Shown: positions 28,901-37,849 of the stretch, piece by piece
Position numbering within the stretch: the stretch's first letter is position 1
How the letters are laid out: every line of letters begins with the position of its first letter
IMG/VR virus record: IMGVR_UViG_3300046051_000044
Span: 1,353 to 65,352 of that record
Length of the DNA: 64,000 nt
Strand: one strand, 5' to 3'
DNA from: a virus
Notes under the pieces: model-generated
Database searches by the model: none
What the model saw: the letters and a program-made list of their open reading frames with translations, nothing else
Told to the model about the DNA's origin: nothing
Position numbers and translations under genes: made by a program

Positions 28901-29653
28901 CCGGCGGAACTCCTCGTTGGTCATCCCCAGCTCCGTGGCGAGTTCGTTTGCCTTCTTGGGATCCATCATCTCCTGGGCGATCCGGCGCAGCCCACGCCCG
29001 GCCTTGCTCGCCGACTGATAGGTCTCGTTCAGCGTCGCACTCAGAGCGGCGATCTCGGTCTGGGAGGCGCCGAGCGCATTCAGCGACGACGCCGAGTTCA
29101 TCATATTCGAGACGATCTCCGAACTCGACGTCGCGCTGATATTTGATAATTTATTGATGGATGAGCCCAGATTTTCCATCTTCGTGATGGGCGTATCGGT
29201 CAGCGTCGAGAGTTTCGCGAAGGACTCCCCGACTTGGTCGACGCTCATATCGGTCGCCTCAGACATCTTCACTGCCGTCCGAGTGAAGCTCTCAATGTTC
29301 TTCTCGGCGACGCCAAACCGCCCCGCCTCGGCGGCGAGGTTCGCAACCTCGTTCGCGGTCGCTGGGAGATCTTTTGAGAGTTGGATGATGTTTGACCGGA
29401 AGTCACTGGCGAAGGTCGAGGACGTGACCTTCTCCAATTCGACCATGTTAGACTCGAAGTCAGCGGCGGCTTTGGTCGCGCCCGCGAGCGCGCCGGCACT
29501 CAACGCTGCGAGTGCGCCGCCCGCCGCCCCGACGCCCGCCTTCAGTGAGTTTACCGACCGCTCGGCGGTCTGCATACTCTGGGCGAGCTGGCTGACGCCG
29601 TCGCTCTCGACTTTCGCTCGCAGGACGTATTCAGTCGTTCCGCCGAGTGGCAT
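25925..29653 (-). CDS. Tail tape measure protein (contains the protospacer of spacer 16)
   Basis: 1242 aa, Ala-rich and helical; N-terminal AADFESNMVELEKV core; C-terminal FAHGGIVTEPTTAVIGEAGDDEAVIPL. Confidence 0.92.
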   Translation of the reverse strand: MPLGGTTEYVLRAKVESDGVSQLAQSMQTAERSVNSLKAGVGAAGGALAALSAGALAGATKAAADFESNMVELEKVTSSTFASDFRSNIIQLSKDLPATANEVANLAAEAGRFGVAEKNIESFTRTAVKMSEATDMSVDQVGESFAKLSTLTDTPITKMENLGSSINKLSNISATSSSEIVSNMMNSASSLNALGASQTEIAALSATLNETYQSASKAGRGLRRIAQEMMDPKKANELATELGMTNEEFRRMRDNSPVEVIKRMATTMKEGGVNAEGLRSTLTSFSRQALTNLSTNMDTLNQNLDASKTAFKENASLQREFEAAMDTAKKQAKQLKSSILAVAIQTGDVFLPYVTDAIRALRGLVDRFADLNSATNGMAGVIAGLVGVVGGLATAFVGLYPAISAATPALTAMAGATSAVLAPAAALTSAVLGLAAAFKTNFAGIRTMVEAVLLYTRQQAAATATTFREVFGPAVAAAGDAFDRFKARVEAALEPVIALVTDRLIARMTSAFQAIRGALRQLEAAWAAHGQRVTASVTQFMTAVEGALGQGLSALNALIAGNANAFAQKFTMMVGQAKQAVATGLTAIKPVVKQGLIGLQTTVAAQAKRLPQPLRDAMATMKDVLALGLSALNAAVEGNIGAFARMFSLMFDRARQAVSQGLAALKQPLQQGLSAFVQVPGTLRQRLPKPFRDALGTVEGIVRDALGQMAQLWQQHRQAVLGAIRPLLQPIQTLGQKLGYLDAQGRPTIQTLGKVGVAIAGLTTPTTTAAGAITALNTVWTNNILNIRTVTERELTRVRQVWTTQIQPLVADARRIFTQVLTVIRNVLAELRTSVVQPILGSILQLWQTHGAAILREVVETYNVLTDRLRTTMNVIKTIIGPALTVIAGLWRAWGDEVVTIVRFAFDTIGSFLNTTLDAIATAIRVTLNVIQGDWQEAWTAVAEFYKRTFDGILNFAQKWGSGFLDWLRNEFIQNFIEFFEFLRQTLIGGSIIPEMFSAIRSFTESWVSSFLSFFQSSFIDAVISAATNLASQLIGGGSGGIIGTMFSDIRSALSSFVSGFLDDWSTFGSNVVSEAESFLGDVVSAFESALSTVKSIASSIIGAAESAAGQASDALSSAKSAADSAAQAAARADRNRRDAANGDGVDGPSGATKGFAHGGIVTEPTTAVIGEAGDDEAVIPLNAEGEDVLAGALSGALEQVTADTGGGGATPQIVVKNNEFHGVEDADDTAEAIYDELNAHL

Positions 29654-29701
29654 GGTGAATTGAGGAAAAACGTCTTGCTTGTGACTGCGTTACACGGGGC
29701 T

Positions 29702-29938
29702 ATGGCCGACTTCGTCTGTGCCGAGTGTCGCGAAGAAATCGACCGCGAAGCAACGACGTGCCCGCACTGCGGACACGAAGGCGCCGAGGTGAGCGCCGCC
29801 TACGGCGTCGCGCAGTTTCTCGTCGGGGGAGTACTGACCGCGACCATTATCGGGGCGATCATCGGTATCCCGCTGATGCGCCGTGGGATGCGCCGGGCGA
29901 AACGGGCGGGCGAGTCCTCGCCCGGAGTTGAGGTCTAG
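29702..29938 (+). CDS. Zinc-ribbon + transmembrane protein, antisense within the tail operon
   Basis: MADFVCAECREEIDREATTCPHCG, then a TM segment and basic tail. Confidence 0.7.
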   Translation: MADFVCAECREEIDREATTCPHCGHEGAEVSAAYGVAQFLVGGVLTATIIGAIIGIPLMRRGMRRAKRAGESSPGVEV

Positions 29939-30570
29939 CGCCACCCCATCTGGCTCGCGCGGTCGCCCTTGTTGCCCGGCGTGGGGCCGCTCTCGGTCGT
30001 CTCGCTCTCGCCGCGGGCCTCGTTGCGCCGGCGTTCGAGGCGCTGGGTTCCTTCGAGGATATCGTCAATCTCGCCGCGCGTAAGCCTGTAGTAGTCCGGG
30101 TAGCCGACGCCACAATCGAGGAGCTGGGCGACGAGATCCCGCTCGTCGTGGTCGTCCAGTGGGTCGGTGCCCCGTCCCGACTGATGCTGGGCGAACGGGC
30201 TGTCGTCGTGGTCGGCCGGGGCGCTGTCGTCAAACGTCGACTCGTCCCGTTCGTCCCGCTCAGGTGACTCGTCGAGAAGGTCGCTCGCGACGAAAATCGC
30301 ATATTCGAGCAGTCGCGGAATCCCCGGACGCATCCGGCGGACGTCCCCCGCCGTGACGTCGCCGAACCCCGCCACGAGCCCGCCAAAGCACTGTTCGAAG
30401 AGATCTGCCCGGACCCCCGGCGTCGCGGGCGCCTGTCGGTAATAGATAATATCGCCGTATTCGAGTGGGCGGCCATAGGCTTCGCCGAGATGGGGGATCC
30501 ACATCGGCCGCGGGATGACGTCCCCACGGGCGTCGTGGGCCGCCCGCCCCCCGACGTCGACGGCAATTAG
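29935..30570 (-). CDS. Tail assembly chaperone, frameshift-extended part (lambda gpT analogue)
   Basis: Open in the -1 frame from the slippery site to 29935; lies directly upstream of the tape measure gene. Confidence 0.75.
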   Translation of the reverse strand, partial: LIAVDVGGRAAHDARGDVIPRPMWIPHLGEAYGRPLEYGDIIYYRQAPATPGVRADLFEQCFGGLVAGFGDVTAGDVRRMRPGIPRLLEYAIFVASDLLDESPERDERDESTFDDSAPADHDDSPFAQHQSGRGTDPLDDHDERDLVAQLLDCGVGYPDYYRLTRGEIDDILEGTQRLERRRNEARGESETTESGPTPGNKGDRASQMGWR

Positions 30571-30923
30571 TTTCCCGCCGGCGTCGCGGTCGCCCCCGAC
30601 TGGTCGACGTCAAAGTCGACGTGGGGGGCAATCGCCCGGAGGAGTTTGTCGGTCATGCCCAGATGCATCCCACGGACGTCGTCGCCGTCGAGGCCGTCGA
30701 ACCCCGGCGAGACGTAGTGCTCGCGGATGATTTCCGCGAGTTGGCCGTTGCCGAACTCGGCCTCGCCGTCGGTCATCTCCTCGGCAATTTCCTCACTAGC
30801 GTAGTAGACGAGTGCCTCACCCATGCCGGGGATCTCGACTTTCTGTTCGTCGTCGGGGACCTGCGTGTCGTCGAGGTCCCAGTCCGCTTCGAAGTCGTCG
30901 GTGTCGTGGCTGTCGTCGGTCAT
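30567..30923 (-). CDS. Tail assembly chaperone (lambda gpG analogue)
   Basis: 118 aa, acidic, between tail tube and tape measure; ends in the slippery site. Confidence 0.8.
   Translation of the reverse strand: MTDDSHDTDDFEADWDLDDTQVPDDEQKVEIPGMGEALVYYASEEIAEEMTDGEAEFGNGQLAEIIREHYVSPGFDGLDGDDVRGMHLGMTDKLLRAIAPHVDFDVDQSGATATPAGN
30570..30576 (-). other. Programmed -1 ribosomal frameshift heptamer GGGAAAC
   Basis: X XXY YYZ (G GGA AAC TAA) at the end of the chaperone ORF; the -1 frame continues KLIAVDVGG...MWIP without a stop. Confidence 0.85.
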
Positions 30924-30992
30924 AGTATGGGAAAGAGGGCAGCAGGAGCGGAGGACGGAACGGAGCAGAGGGCGCCGTCAGCGGCGCTGGCG

Positions 30993-32330
30993 TTACGACG
31001 AGGCACTGATCGAGAGGGCCGGCGAGCTACCCGCGATGAACACGATCGACTGCTCCGCGAAGTTCTCGCCAGCCGTCCGTGAGCGGGGGCTCTCGGAGAC
31101 GCGCGAATCGTTGTACGTGAACGTCTCGGCGTCGTTGCTGTCGAAGCCAAAGACGAGGTCCTCCTCGGTGCCGCGCATGTTCTCAAGAAGGCTAGTATGC
31201 GAAGTCGTCTCCCCGTCGACGGTGAGCGTCGCCTCGGAGGTGCGCATCCCCGCGTGCATCCGCTGCTCGCGGGACTCCGAGAGCGGCGTCCGCGTGATGT
31301 CGTTCGAGATCGACAGCTCGGCGGACTGAACATCGCCGACGGCCTCGAACGGCGACCCGGCGGGGCGCTCGATCGAGAGGTTGCCGGGGTTGTAGAAGTC
31401 CGTGCCGATGGCGGCGGCGTGCGACCCGGCGCCCAGCAGCGGGATACCGGGGTCGCCGTACGTGTTGCCGTACGAATTGCGGCCGTACAGCACCGCCAGC
31501 AGTTCGCCGGGCGCGCCGGCGCCGTCGTCCTCGTAGATGAGGATGTCGCCGTCGTGGTCGGCGGTGTCGCCCGACCCGTCTTGGACCTCGATCGCGTCGA
31601 TCGACGCGAACGTCGTGGTGCCGGTGACGGTCGTCGTGGCGTCGGTCCCGTCGGTCGTGTAGGTGTGGGTCGTCGTCGCGCCGTCGTTCTCGACGACGAC
31701 GTCCAGGCCCGTGTCGCCGCTATCGGTCGACTGGACGTGCAGTTCCAGGGCACTCGTAGGCTGGTCGATCTGATACGATCGGAAGGACTCGACGGACAGC
31801 GAGTTTTCGAGTTCCCAGATCTCGTCCTCGGGGTTGGCTGTTCCCGTGACCTCGGAGACGAGAGAGCCCTTCGCCACGCTATAGACGCGGGCCTCGCGGC
31901 GAGTCGCGCCACTCGTGCCGTTATATCGATGTTCGACGGTCGACTCGGACTGGACGGTGACGCCGCTGCCGACGTCCCCCGAGCGCATTCGCTCGACGAT
32001 CGTCAGACTCCCCGGAAGGTTGTTCGCGGCGTCGCGTGTCAGCCCGTAGGCCGCGAGATCCTGTGGGTCGCCATTCGCGTCGTTAAACCACTGCTGCATG
32101 TGGTACGCGACCGTCAGTTCGGGGGCCTCCATGCCGTCCTCGACGTCGGGATCGGCCTCCCCGAGTTGGGCGTGTTCGACGGCCTGCGGGCCGAGACTAC
32201 CGGGCTCGAAGGCCGTGTATCTGTCCGAGGCGATCTGCCAGTCGGGGTCAGTCGGCGCGACGCCCTGACTGGGCTCAACGGCATACTCGATTCGCGTGGG
32301 GTTGAGGCCCCCTTCTGTGATAATCGGCAT
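30993..32330 (-). CDS. Major tail tube protein
   Basis: Position; N-terminal RIEYAVEPSQGVAPTDPDW; C-terminal ELSISNDI...TLTVDGE...FTYND pattern. Confidence 0.8.
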   Translation of the reverse strand: MPIITEGGLNPTRIEYAVEPSQGVAPTDPDWQIASDRYTAFEPGSLGPQAVEHAQLGEADPDVEDGMEAPELTVAYHMQQWFNDANGDPQDLAAYGLTRDAANNLPGSLTIVERMRSGDVGSGVTVQSESTVEHRYNGTSGATRREARVYSVAKGSLVSEVTGTANPEDEIWELENSLSVESFRSYQIDQPTSALELHVQSTDSGDTGLDVVVENDGATTTHTYTTDGTDATTTVTGTTTFASIDAIEVQDGSGDTADHDGDILIYEDDGAGAPGELLAVLYGRNSYGNTYGDPGIPLLGAGSHAAAIGTDFYNPGNLSIERPAGSPFEAVGDVQSAELSISNDITRTPLSESREQRMHAGMRTSEATLTVDGETTSHTSLLENMRGTEEDLVFGFDSNDAETFTYNDSRVSESPRSRTAGENFAEQSIVFIAGSSPALSISASS

Positions 32331-32390
32331 TGGATTGTGACTGTCTTGTGGGTAGCAACGTCAAGGACCGCGAGTGGTGAGCGGGCGATG

Positions 32391-32900
32391 CTACGGCGGC
32401 GTCCGGCGACGGCGGTAGCCAAGCTGGACGAGCGCGCTATAGCGCGGGGAGTCGGCGTCGCGGTTGACCCGGCCAAGCGGTTCGGCGATCGGCTCGACGT
32501 CCGTCAGCAAGAGCTCCCCCGTCGCCGAATCCGTGACGTGGTCGGCGGCGTGTATGATGCGATAGACCTCCCACCCGATCGTCTCGGCGAGTTTCGAGGC
32601 GTTCTCGGGGAGGTCGGCGCTGGTGCCGGAGTAGGCATGCACGTCCACCCGGCCGCGATGCCAGTTGGTGGTCCCGGAGCCGTCGCCGGCGATGTACTGA
32701 TCCATCGCCTGGCCGGCGACGGCCGCCAACGCCAACTGCGGGAAGTCCTTGCTCTCGTCGTAACTCCCAAGGTGGACGTCGAGATGCTTGGCGTCGCTTT
32801 CGGCCAGCGTCGGATCGTAGTCGGCCGTGTTGGCTGGATTCCAGTTGGCGATCAACTCGTCGCCGAGGGCGATCCGAGCGTTGTCTTCTTCGAGAGCCAT
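32391..32900 (-). CDS. Tail terminator/completion protein
   Basis: Position immediately before the tube gene; 169 aa. Confidence 0.6.
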   Translation of the reverse strand: MALEEDNARIALGDELIANWNPANTADYDPTLAESDAKHLDVHLGSYDESKDFPQLALAAVAGQAMDQYIAGDGSGTTNWHRGRVDVHAYSGTSADLPENASKLAETIGWEVYRIIHAADHVTDSATGELLLTDVEPIAEPLGRVNRDADSPRYSALVQLGYRRRRTPP

Positions 32901-32924
32901 GCAGTGCGATCAGGATAGGGCCGG

Positions 32925-33341
32925 TCAGGGCGTCGACAGGCGGTCGGCGTCGAGACGCCACAGCGGGCTGGCCGAGGGCTGGATGCCTTTCACTCGATAT
33001 CGGGTCCCCGTCACTCCGTCGACGATCTCGCTGGCCCGCTCGTCGTCGGCTTCGCCATCGACGAACGTCGCTTCGTCGGGGTCGACGACGAGGATCACGT
33101 CACGCCGGAGCGTCCGCCCCTCCTGGCCACTCTGCTCGATCGCCTGGCCTTCCGTCTCGACGCGGAGCGTGATGCTCGTCCCCGCGTCCTCGGTCCAGCC
33201 GTCGTCCCCGCCGCCGGTATCGTCGTGCCAGTCGCCGGCGCCGCTACTCGACTGCGTGTAGTTGTAGACCGTCCCTGCGTGGCCGGCCTGCTGGTGGAGC
33301 CGTTTCACCGGCGCCTGGAGCTTGTCGAACGGGTTAGACAT
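32925..33341 (-). CDS. Head closure (stopper) protein
   Basis: Position; beta-rich with a C-terminal TGTRYRVKGI motif. Confidence 0.6.
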   Translation of the reverse strand: MSNPFDKLQAPVKRLHQQAGHAGTVYNYTQSSSGAGDWHDDTGGGDDGWTEDAGTSITLRVETEGQAIEQSGQEGRTLRRDVILVVDPDEATFVDGEADDERASEIVDGVTGTRYRVKGIQPSASPLWRLDADRLSTP

Positions 33342-33344
33342 GAG

Positions 33345-33677
33345 TCAGAGTTTCTGCGCGCGGTAACTCGCCCTCAGATTGCCGGTTAGAACCGGTGTGC
33401 GGGCCTTAATCTCCCGCTCGAGTTGGAACGCCGTCAAGCGCAGAAACTCATCGATGTCGTCGGCGCCGGCGGCAAGCCGCGCCATCTGCGCCTCCGTGGC
33501 GTCGATGCCGGGGCGGACGTGGGGCTGGGCCGCCATTTTGTACGTCCCGAACTCAACCGGCGGAGCGTAGCGGACGTTCGTCCCGACGACCCACTTGTCG
33601 GTGGCGGTGAACATGTCGACCGTGTCGGCGATGGCGTCGGTGAACGCTGCGGCGCCGAGGAGAGACATTCCGGCCAT
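33345..33677 (-). CDS. HK97 gp10-like neck protein
   Basis: VVGTNVRYAPPVEFGTYKMAAQPHVRPG and RTPVLTGNLRAS motifs. Confidence 0.85.
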   Translation of the reverse strand: MAGMSLLGAAAFTDAIADTVDMFTATDKWVVGTNVRYAPPVEFGTYKMAAQPHVRPGIDATEAQMARLAAGADDIDEFLRLTAFQLEREIKARTPVLTGNLRASYRAQKL

Positions 33678-33682
33678 GATGG

Positions 33683-34054
33683 CTATCGTGTGATGGTGAA
33701 CGAATCGTCGGTCGACGCAATGCGGTCGTCCAGCCGGACCGCCTGCGCCCAGTACGGCGACGGCTCGCCATCGGGTCCCTCCGGGCCGTCGTAGGACACT
33801 TCGGCGTCGCCGTCGGCAACACTCTTGACGCGGTCGTCCGTGTTCGCTCCTGTCACTTTCGAGAACGCGAAGTGAGCGGCGACGAGGATTTCGAGGTTCG
33901 TCAGCAACCACTCATCGCCTTCGTTCGGGAGGCGTTTGTTGACGACCCGAGCGGCGCGTTCGAGCCACCGATCGCGGATCTCCGACGCTGCGAGCGAGCC
34001 ATCCAGTTCGGTGCTGACGTCGTTGGCCGTTGCGCGCGGCGTTGGCGCTGCCAT
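33683..34054 (-). CDS. Head-tail adaptor protein
   Basis: LEILVAAHF...SVADGDAEVSY...SPYWAQAVRLD pattern. Confidence 0.75.
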   Translation of the reverse strand: MAAPTPRATANDVSTELDGSLAASEIRDRWLERAARVVNKRLPNEGDEWLLTNLEILVAAHFAFSKVTGANTDDRVKSVADGDAEVSYDGPEGPDGEPSPYWAQAVRLDDRIASTDDSFTITR

Positions 34055-34060
34055 TGTGGA

Positions 34061-34369
34061 TCAGTCCTCCCCGTGATAGGGGCACTCGTCGGCCGGGCGC
34101 TCGCAGATCTCCCCGTCGGACATCTCCGCCCCACAGATGGCGTCCGGTGGCTGGCCGTCGTCCGAACTGGCCGTCGTGTCGGAGGAGGCCTCATCGTCAA
34201 CCGCCCCGTCGTATTCGAGATTCGGGTAGTACTCGGCGAGCCGGCGGGCCACGGCTTCGTCCGCGACGGTGAAGCCGCCGTCCGTGACGGTGACGGCGCC
34301 GTCAGGATGGCGGCCGAGCGTGAGCGGGCCGCTATCCATCCCGTCGACGCGCAGGCGATGGCGAGACAT
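34061..34369 (-). CDS. Small protein after MCP with C-terminal Cys/His motif
   Basis: CGAEMSDGEICERPADECPYH. Confidence 0.65.
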   Translation of the reverse strand: MSRHRLRVDGMDSGPLTLGRHPDGAVTVTDGGFTVADEAVARRLAEYYPNLEYDGAVDDEASSDTTASSDDGQPPDAICGAEMSDGEICERPADECPYHGED

Positions 34370-34380
34370 GGGCAGTCAGA

Positions 34381-35208
34381 TCAGCCCTGGACGCGGACCG
34401 CGGCCTCGTCGCGCTTGCTGGTCCATCCAAGTGCGGACTTGATCTTGAGTTTGATCGAGTCGGAGTCGAAGTCCGTCTCCTGGTCAGTGGCAATGCCCTG
34501 CCACTGACCTTCGAAGCCGAACTCGTCGGAGTCGACGACGATGCACTCGTTGGCGCCGACGTCGACGTTGGTCGTGAACATGAAGTCCAGGCCGGCGTAC
34601 GCCCCGAACTGGCCGTTCTCGACCGCCTCGTCGCCGAGATCCGTCCCGCGCTCGGCGAGATTGGTGACGATGTCCTCCTTGCCAGTCGGGCCGAACAGCG
34701 CCATGTCGGCCGTAAAGCCGTCCTCGCCGCGCGTCGACAGCTCGGTCACGCCGGCGTAGACGTCGCCGAACGTGAGGTTGCCGTCGTTGTTGCCGACGGC
34801 GCTGCCGGCCGGCGCGGCCCCGTCAAGGACGGAGAACGCGGCCCGGTCGAGTTTCTTCGCCATGTTCTTCGCGTGGCCGCCGTAGTGGTCGGCCACGAGG
34901 TCGAAGATGTTGTCGTTGACGTCCTCCTCGGGGATCTTCGAGCCCTTTTTGAAGATCTGGCGGGCGAGAACCGGGCGACCGTACTCTTCGCGGTCGTACG
35001 TCAGATCCGCGCCCGGTTCGACTTCCTCGGGTTCGCCCAGCTCTTCGGCGGGGACGGGGACTTCGTATGATTCGCCAGCGCCGTCGGGGACGCCCCCAGG
35101 CGGGGCGTTGAAGAAATCGCGGACGACGGTCTGGGCTTCGATGCGTTCGGTGGCCATCTCGGCGACCGACTGCGGGTCGACGATCTGGTTGACGTTCGGG
35201 AGCGGCAT
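34381..35208 (-). CDS. Major capsid protein (HK97 fold)
   Basis: 275 aa; position after scaffold/decoration genes; KKGSKIPEEDVND...AKNMAKKLDRAAF; ends WTSKRDEAAVRV. Confidence 0.88.
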   Translation of the reverse strand: MPLPNVNQIVDPQSVAEMATERIEAQTVVRDFFNAPPGGVPDGAGESYEVPVPAEELGEPEEVEPGADLTYDREEYGRPVLARQIFKKGSKIPEEDVNDNIFDLVADHYGGHAKNMAKKLDRAAFSVLDGAAPAGSAVGNNDGNLTFGDVYAGVTELSTRGEDGFTADMALFGPTGKEDIVTNLAERGTDLGDEAVENGQFGAYAGLDFMFTTNVDVGANECIVVDSDEFGFEGQWQGIATDQETDFDSDSIKLKIKSALGWTSKRDEAAVRVQG

Positions 35209-35282
35209 TGGATATGTGTGTCTCTCTAGTCGGGGATGTGGTCAGTGAGCGAACGAATAGGAGCGCGTGTGCGACGGCGAGA

Positions 35283-35639
35283 TTAGACGTCGACGTAGGC
35301 GCTCCCGGCGGGGATCGACGGGATATCGCCCGGCGCCGCGCCTTCGGCGTACTTGGTCATGATGCCCTTCGCGGACCCGCCGGCGGCGAGTTCGCCTTCG
35401 GTGGCCGACGATCCGACTTCCGTCCCGCCGGCAGTGCCGCCGGCGACGTTGGCGATGACAGGGCCCTGGTACGTGACCAGCACGCGATCGCCAGCCGCGA
35501 CGCCATCAGGGTAGTGGCCGACGATGCCGTAGACGGTCGGATCGTTCGTGCCATCGGCAGTCACGAGTTCGTCGTTGGCGTCCAGCGCGACGGCGTCACC
35601 CGACGAGAGGGCTTCGGCCGCCACGCGGGTTTCGGTCAT
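35283..35639 (-). CDS. Capsid decoration/cement protein
   Basis: AAEALSSGDAVALD...VAAGDRVLVTYQG pattern. Confidence 0.75.
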   Translation of the reverse strand: MTETRVAAEALSSGDAVALDANDELVTADGTNDPTVYGIVGHYPDGVAAGDRVLVTYQGPVIANVAGGTAGGTEVGSSATEGELAAGGSAKGIMTKYAEGAAPGDIPSIPAGSAYVDV

Positions 35640-35682
35640 CTGTGCGTCGCCTTTGTGAGATTGTCCGAGTTCGAGACTCATC

Positions 35683-37005
35683 TTAGGCCTCCGTCAGTGC
35701 CGCGAGTTCGTCCTCGATGCGCTCGGCTTCGATCTCGGCGAGACGGTTGTCCCGCCCTTCGAGTTCGGCCAGCCGCGCTTCGAGGTCCTGTTTCTCGTCC
35801 TGTTCAGCCGCCGAGAGTTCTGCCGTCTCGGTGCTCTCGGAGTCGGGGTCAGCGCCGGACTGGACCTGCGGCTCGGGGTCGGTCTCCGGAGCGGCCGCGT
35901 CGGCGACGTCCGCCTCGTCGATGTCCTGGAGCCAGGCGCGCATCGTGGGGAGGTCGAGATCCTCCTGGAGCGCCTCGGCGTCGCGCGGCGTGTACTCGGC
36001 CAGCGTGGCCGCGAAGGCTTCCTCGGCCTCGTCGACGGCTGCGGCCTGTTTCTCGTACTCGTCGCGTTCCTCGCGGACGTCCGCGAGTTCGGCTTCGAGG
36101 TCGTCGATACGGTCGGTTTTGTCCGCGAGCCGCGCCTTCAGCTCGGTCGGCTCATCGGGCGTCTGGTCCGGGTCGTCCGGATCGTCGGGGGACTCAGTCA
36201 TGGATGTGTCAGTAGTAGCAGTGTCGGCGGTCGTGTCGGCCGCCGTCGCGTCCGTAGCGGATTCCGCCGCCTCGTCAGCAGGCTGTTCGTCGTCGGGGTC
36301 AGTCTCGGATGCCGCGGCCTCGGACGTTGGCTCCTCGCCGCGATCATCCGCGCCACCATCGGCGGTGCTGTCGTCCGAGTCGGCGTCGGCGGAGGGGTGG
36401 TCGTCGGTGGTGGAGGGCGCGTCCGTCGCGTCATCGCCGCCGGTGTCAGCGGTGTCGGTCTCCTCGCTTTCGTCGGCATCGGCCCCGTCCAGCGCCGCCT
36501 CGATGGTGCCGGCAGACAGTTGGGCGGCGAAGGCCTGCTGTGGCGCCGGGCCGCTATCCGCCGAGCTTGACCGTGCGGCGCCGCGCTGGACGAGTGACAG
36601 GCCCGTAAACCGGTTGTTGGCAACCAGCATCGCACCGGACTCGGACGTGCCGCCCTGGCCGTGCTTGGACTCGATCGACGGTTCAATCCGGCCGTCCTCG
36701 ATCTGGGCGGCGATCTTCTCGTCGTCGATTTCGGCCTCGTAGAGGACCGCCTCGCTCGTTTCGTCGTACGTGGCTCGCGTGACGGTTCCGACGTCCTGCT
36801 CGGAATGCAGGAGCGTCACGGGCGTCTCCTCGAGCGTCGCCGCCGACTCGCGGAGGGTTGCGGCCGGCCACTCCTTGCGGCCGTTCAACCCGCGGGTGAT
36901 CTCGCCAGCACGGATGGCGACGCCGTGGATGGTATGCCCCGCCTCCGCCTCGTCGGCGGCCTCCAAGGCGGCGATGCGACTCGGGATGGTCGTGGTTTGT
37001 GTCAT
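35683..37005 (-). CDS. Prohead protease-scaffold fusion
   Basis: N-terminal protease-like domain (TLLHSEQDVGTV, EPSIES, FTGLSLV), acidic linker and C-terminal coiled coil. Confidence 0.8.
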   Translation of the reverse strand: MTQTTTIPSRIAALEAADEAEAGHTIHGVAIRAGEITRGLNGRKEWPAATLRESAATLEETPVTLLHSEQDVGTVTRATYDETSEAVLYEAEIDDEKIAAQIEDGRIEPSIESKHGQGGTSESGAMLVANNRFTGLSLVQRGAARSSSADSGPAPQQAFAAQLSAGTIEAALDGADADESEETDTADTGGDDATDAPSTTDDHPSADADSDDSTADGGADDRGEEPTSEAAASETDPDDEQPADEAAESATDATAADTTADTATTDTSMTESPDDPDDPDQTPDEPTELKARLADKTDRIDDLEAELADVREERDEYEKQAAAVDEAEEAFAATLAEYTPRDAEALQEDLDLPTMRAWLQDIDEADVADAAAPETDPEPQVQSGADPDSESTETAELSAAEQDEKQDLEARLAELEGRDNRLAEIEAERIEDELAALTEA

Positions 37006-37012
37006 CGTAGAA

Positions 37013-37849
37013 TCACGTCGGGAGTGTCAGTTGCTTCGGGCGGTCGACGACGGGGGCAAAGGTACATCGGCACCGGGCGTGCACCGGGACAAGACCTTTC
37101 GCCTCCTCGATCGGCATGACCGTCTCGTCGAGGCTTTCACAGATCGGGCAGGTGCGGTCGTCGTCGGTGGCGACGAACTCCGCCTCGCCGGCGACTTCGT
37201 CGACACCATACTCCTCGTAGCGGGCGAGCGTCGCGTCGGCGTGGCTGCGGATGATCTCCGTCCGGGCGATATCCGTGCTTCTCTTCTTCCCGATTTTGTC
37301 GACGCGGTCGGTGATGTTCCGAGCGATTGTCGTCGGGTTGTGGCCCTGTTGGAGGCCGTCCGTGAGTTCGCGGCTGGCCTGCTGGCCGACCGCACTCGTG
37401 ACGCCGTCCCACTCGGTGAGGTTGCGGGTGAACAGCGCCTGGAGTTGCTCTTGGTGCACCGGGCGGTTGAACGCCGCCTCAACCGACGCGCCGGCAGTGT
37501 CGACGCCCTGCGCGGCGAGTTTGGTATCGGCCTGTTCGAGACCGCGCTCGTAGGCCGCCCGAACGTACGTGTTCTCGCCGCGTGTGAACACCTCGACGCG
37601 GCCTTTCTCGGCTTGCTCTTCGAGCCAGTCGCGGAACTCCTCGACGCTTCGCCCGTCGCGGGCGAACGAGAGGTCATGCAGTGGGTCGGGCGCGCGAGCG
37701 GCCTCGGCGACCGACTGCCCCCGGAGCCCGAGTTTGTCTCGTGTGACGATGCCGCGGCGAATCTCGGCGTTGATCCGCGCCCAGATCCCGCGGAGTCGCT
37801 GGGTATACTCATCGCGGAGCGTGGTCGTCCGCGTCGGGTCGGTGCTCAT
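37013..37849 (-). CDS. MuF/SPP1 gp7-like minor head protein
   Basis: IARTEIIR, DDRTCPIC, PVHARCRC. Confidence 0.9.
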   Translation of the reverse strand: MSTDPTRTTTLRDEYTQRLRGIWARINAEIRRGIVTRDKLGLRGQSVAEAARAPDPLHDLSFARDGRSVEEFRDWLEEQAEKGRVEVFTRGENTYVRAAYERGLEQADTKLAAQGVDTAGASVEAAFNRPVHQEQLQALFTRNLTEWDGVTSAVGQQASRELTDGLQQGHNPTTIARNITDRVDKIGKKRSTDIARTEIIRSHADATLARYEEYGVDEVAGEAEFVATDDDRTCPICESLDETVMPIEEAKGLVPVHARCRCTFAPVVDRPKQLTLPT

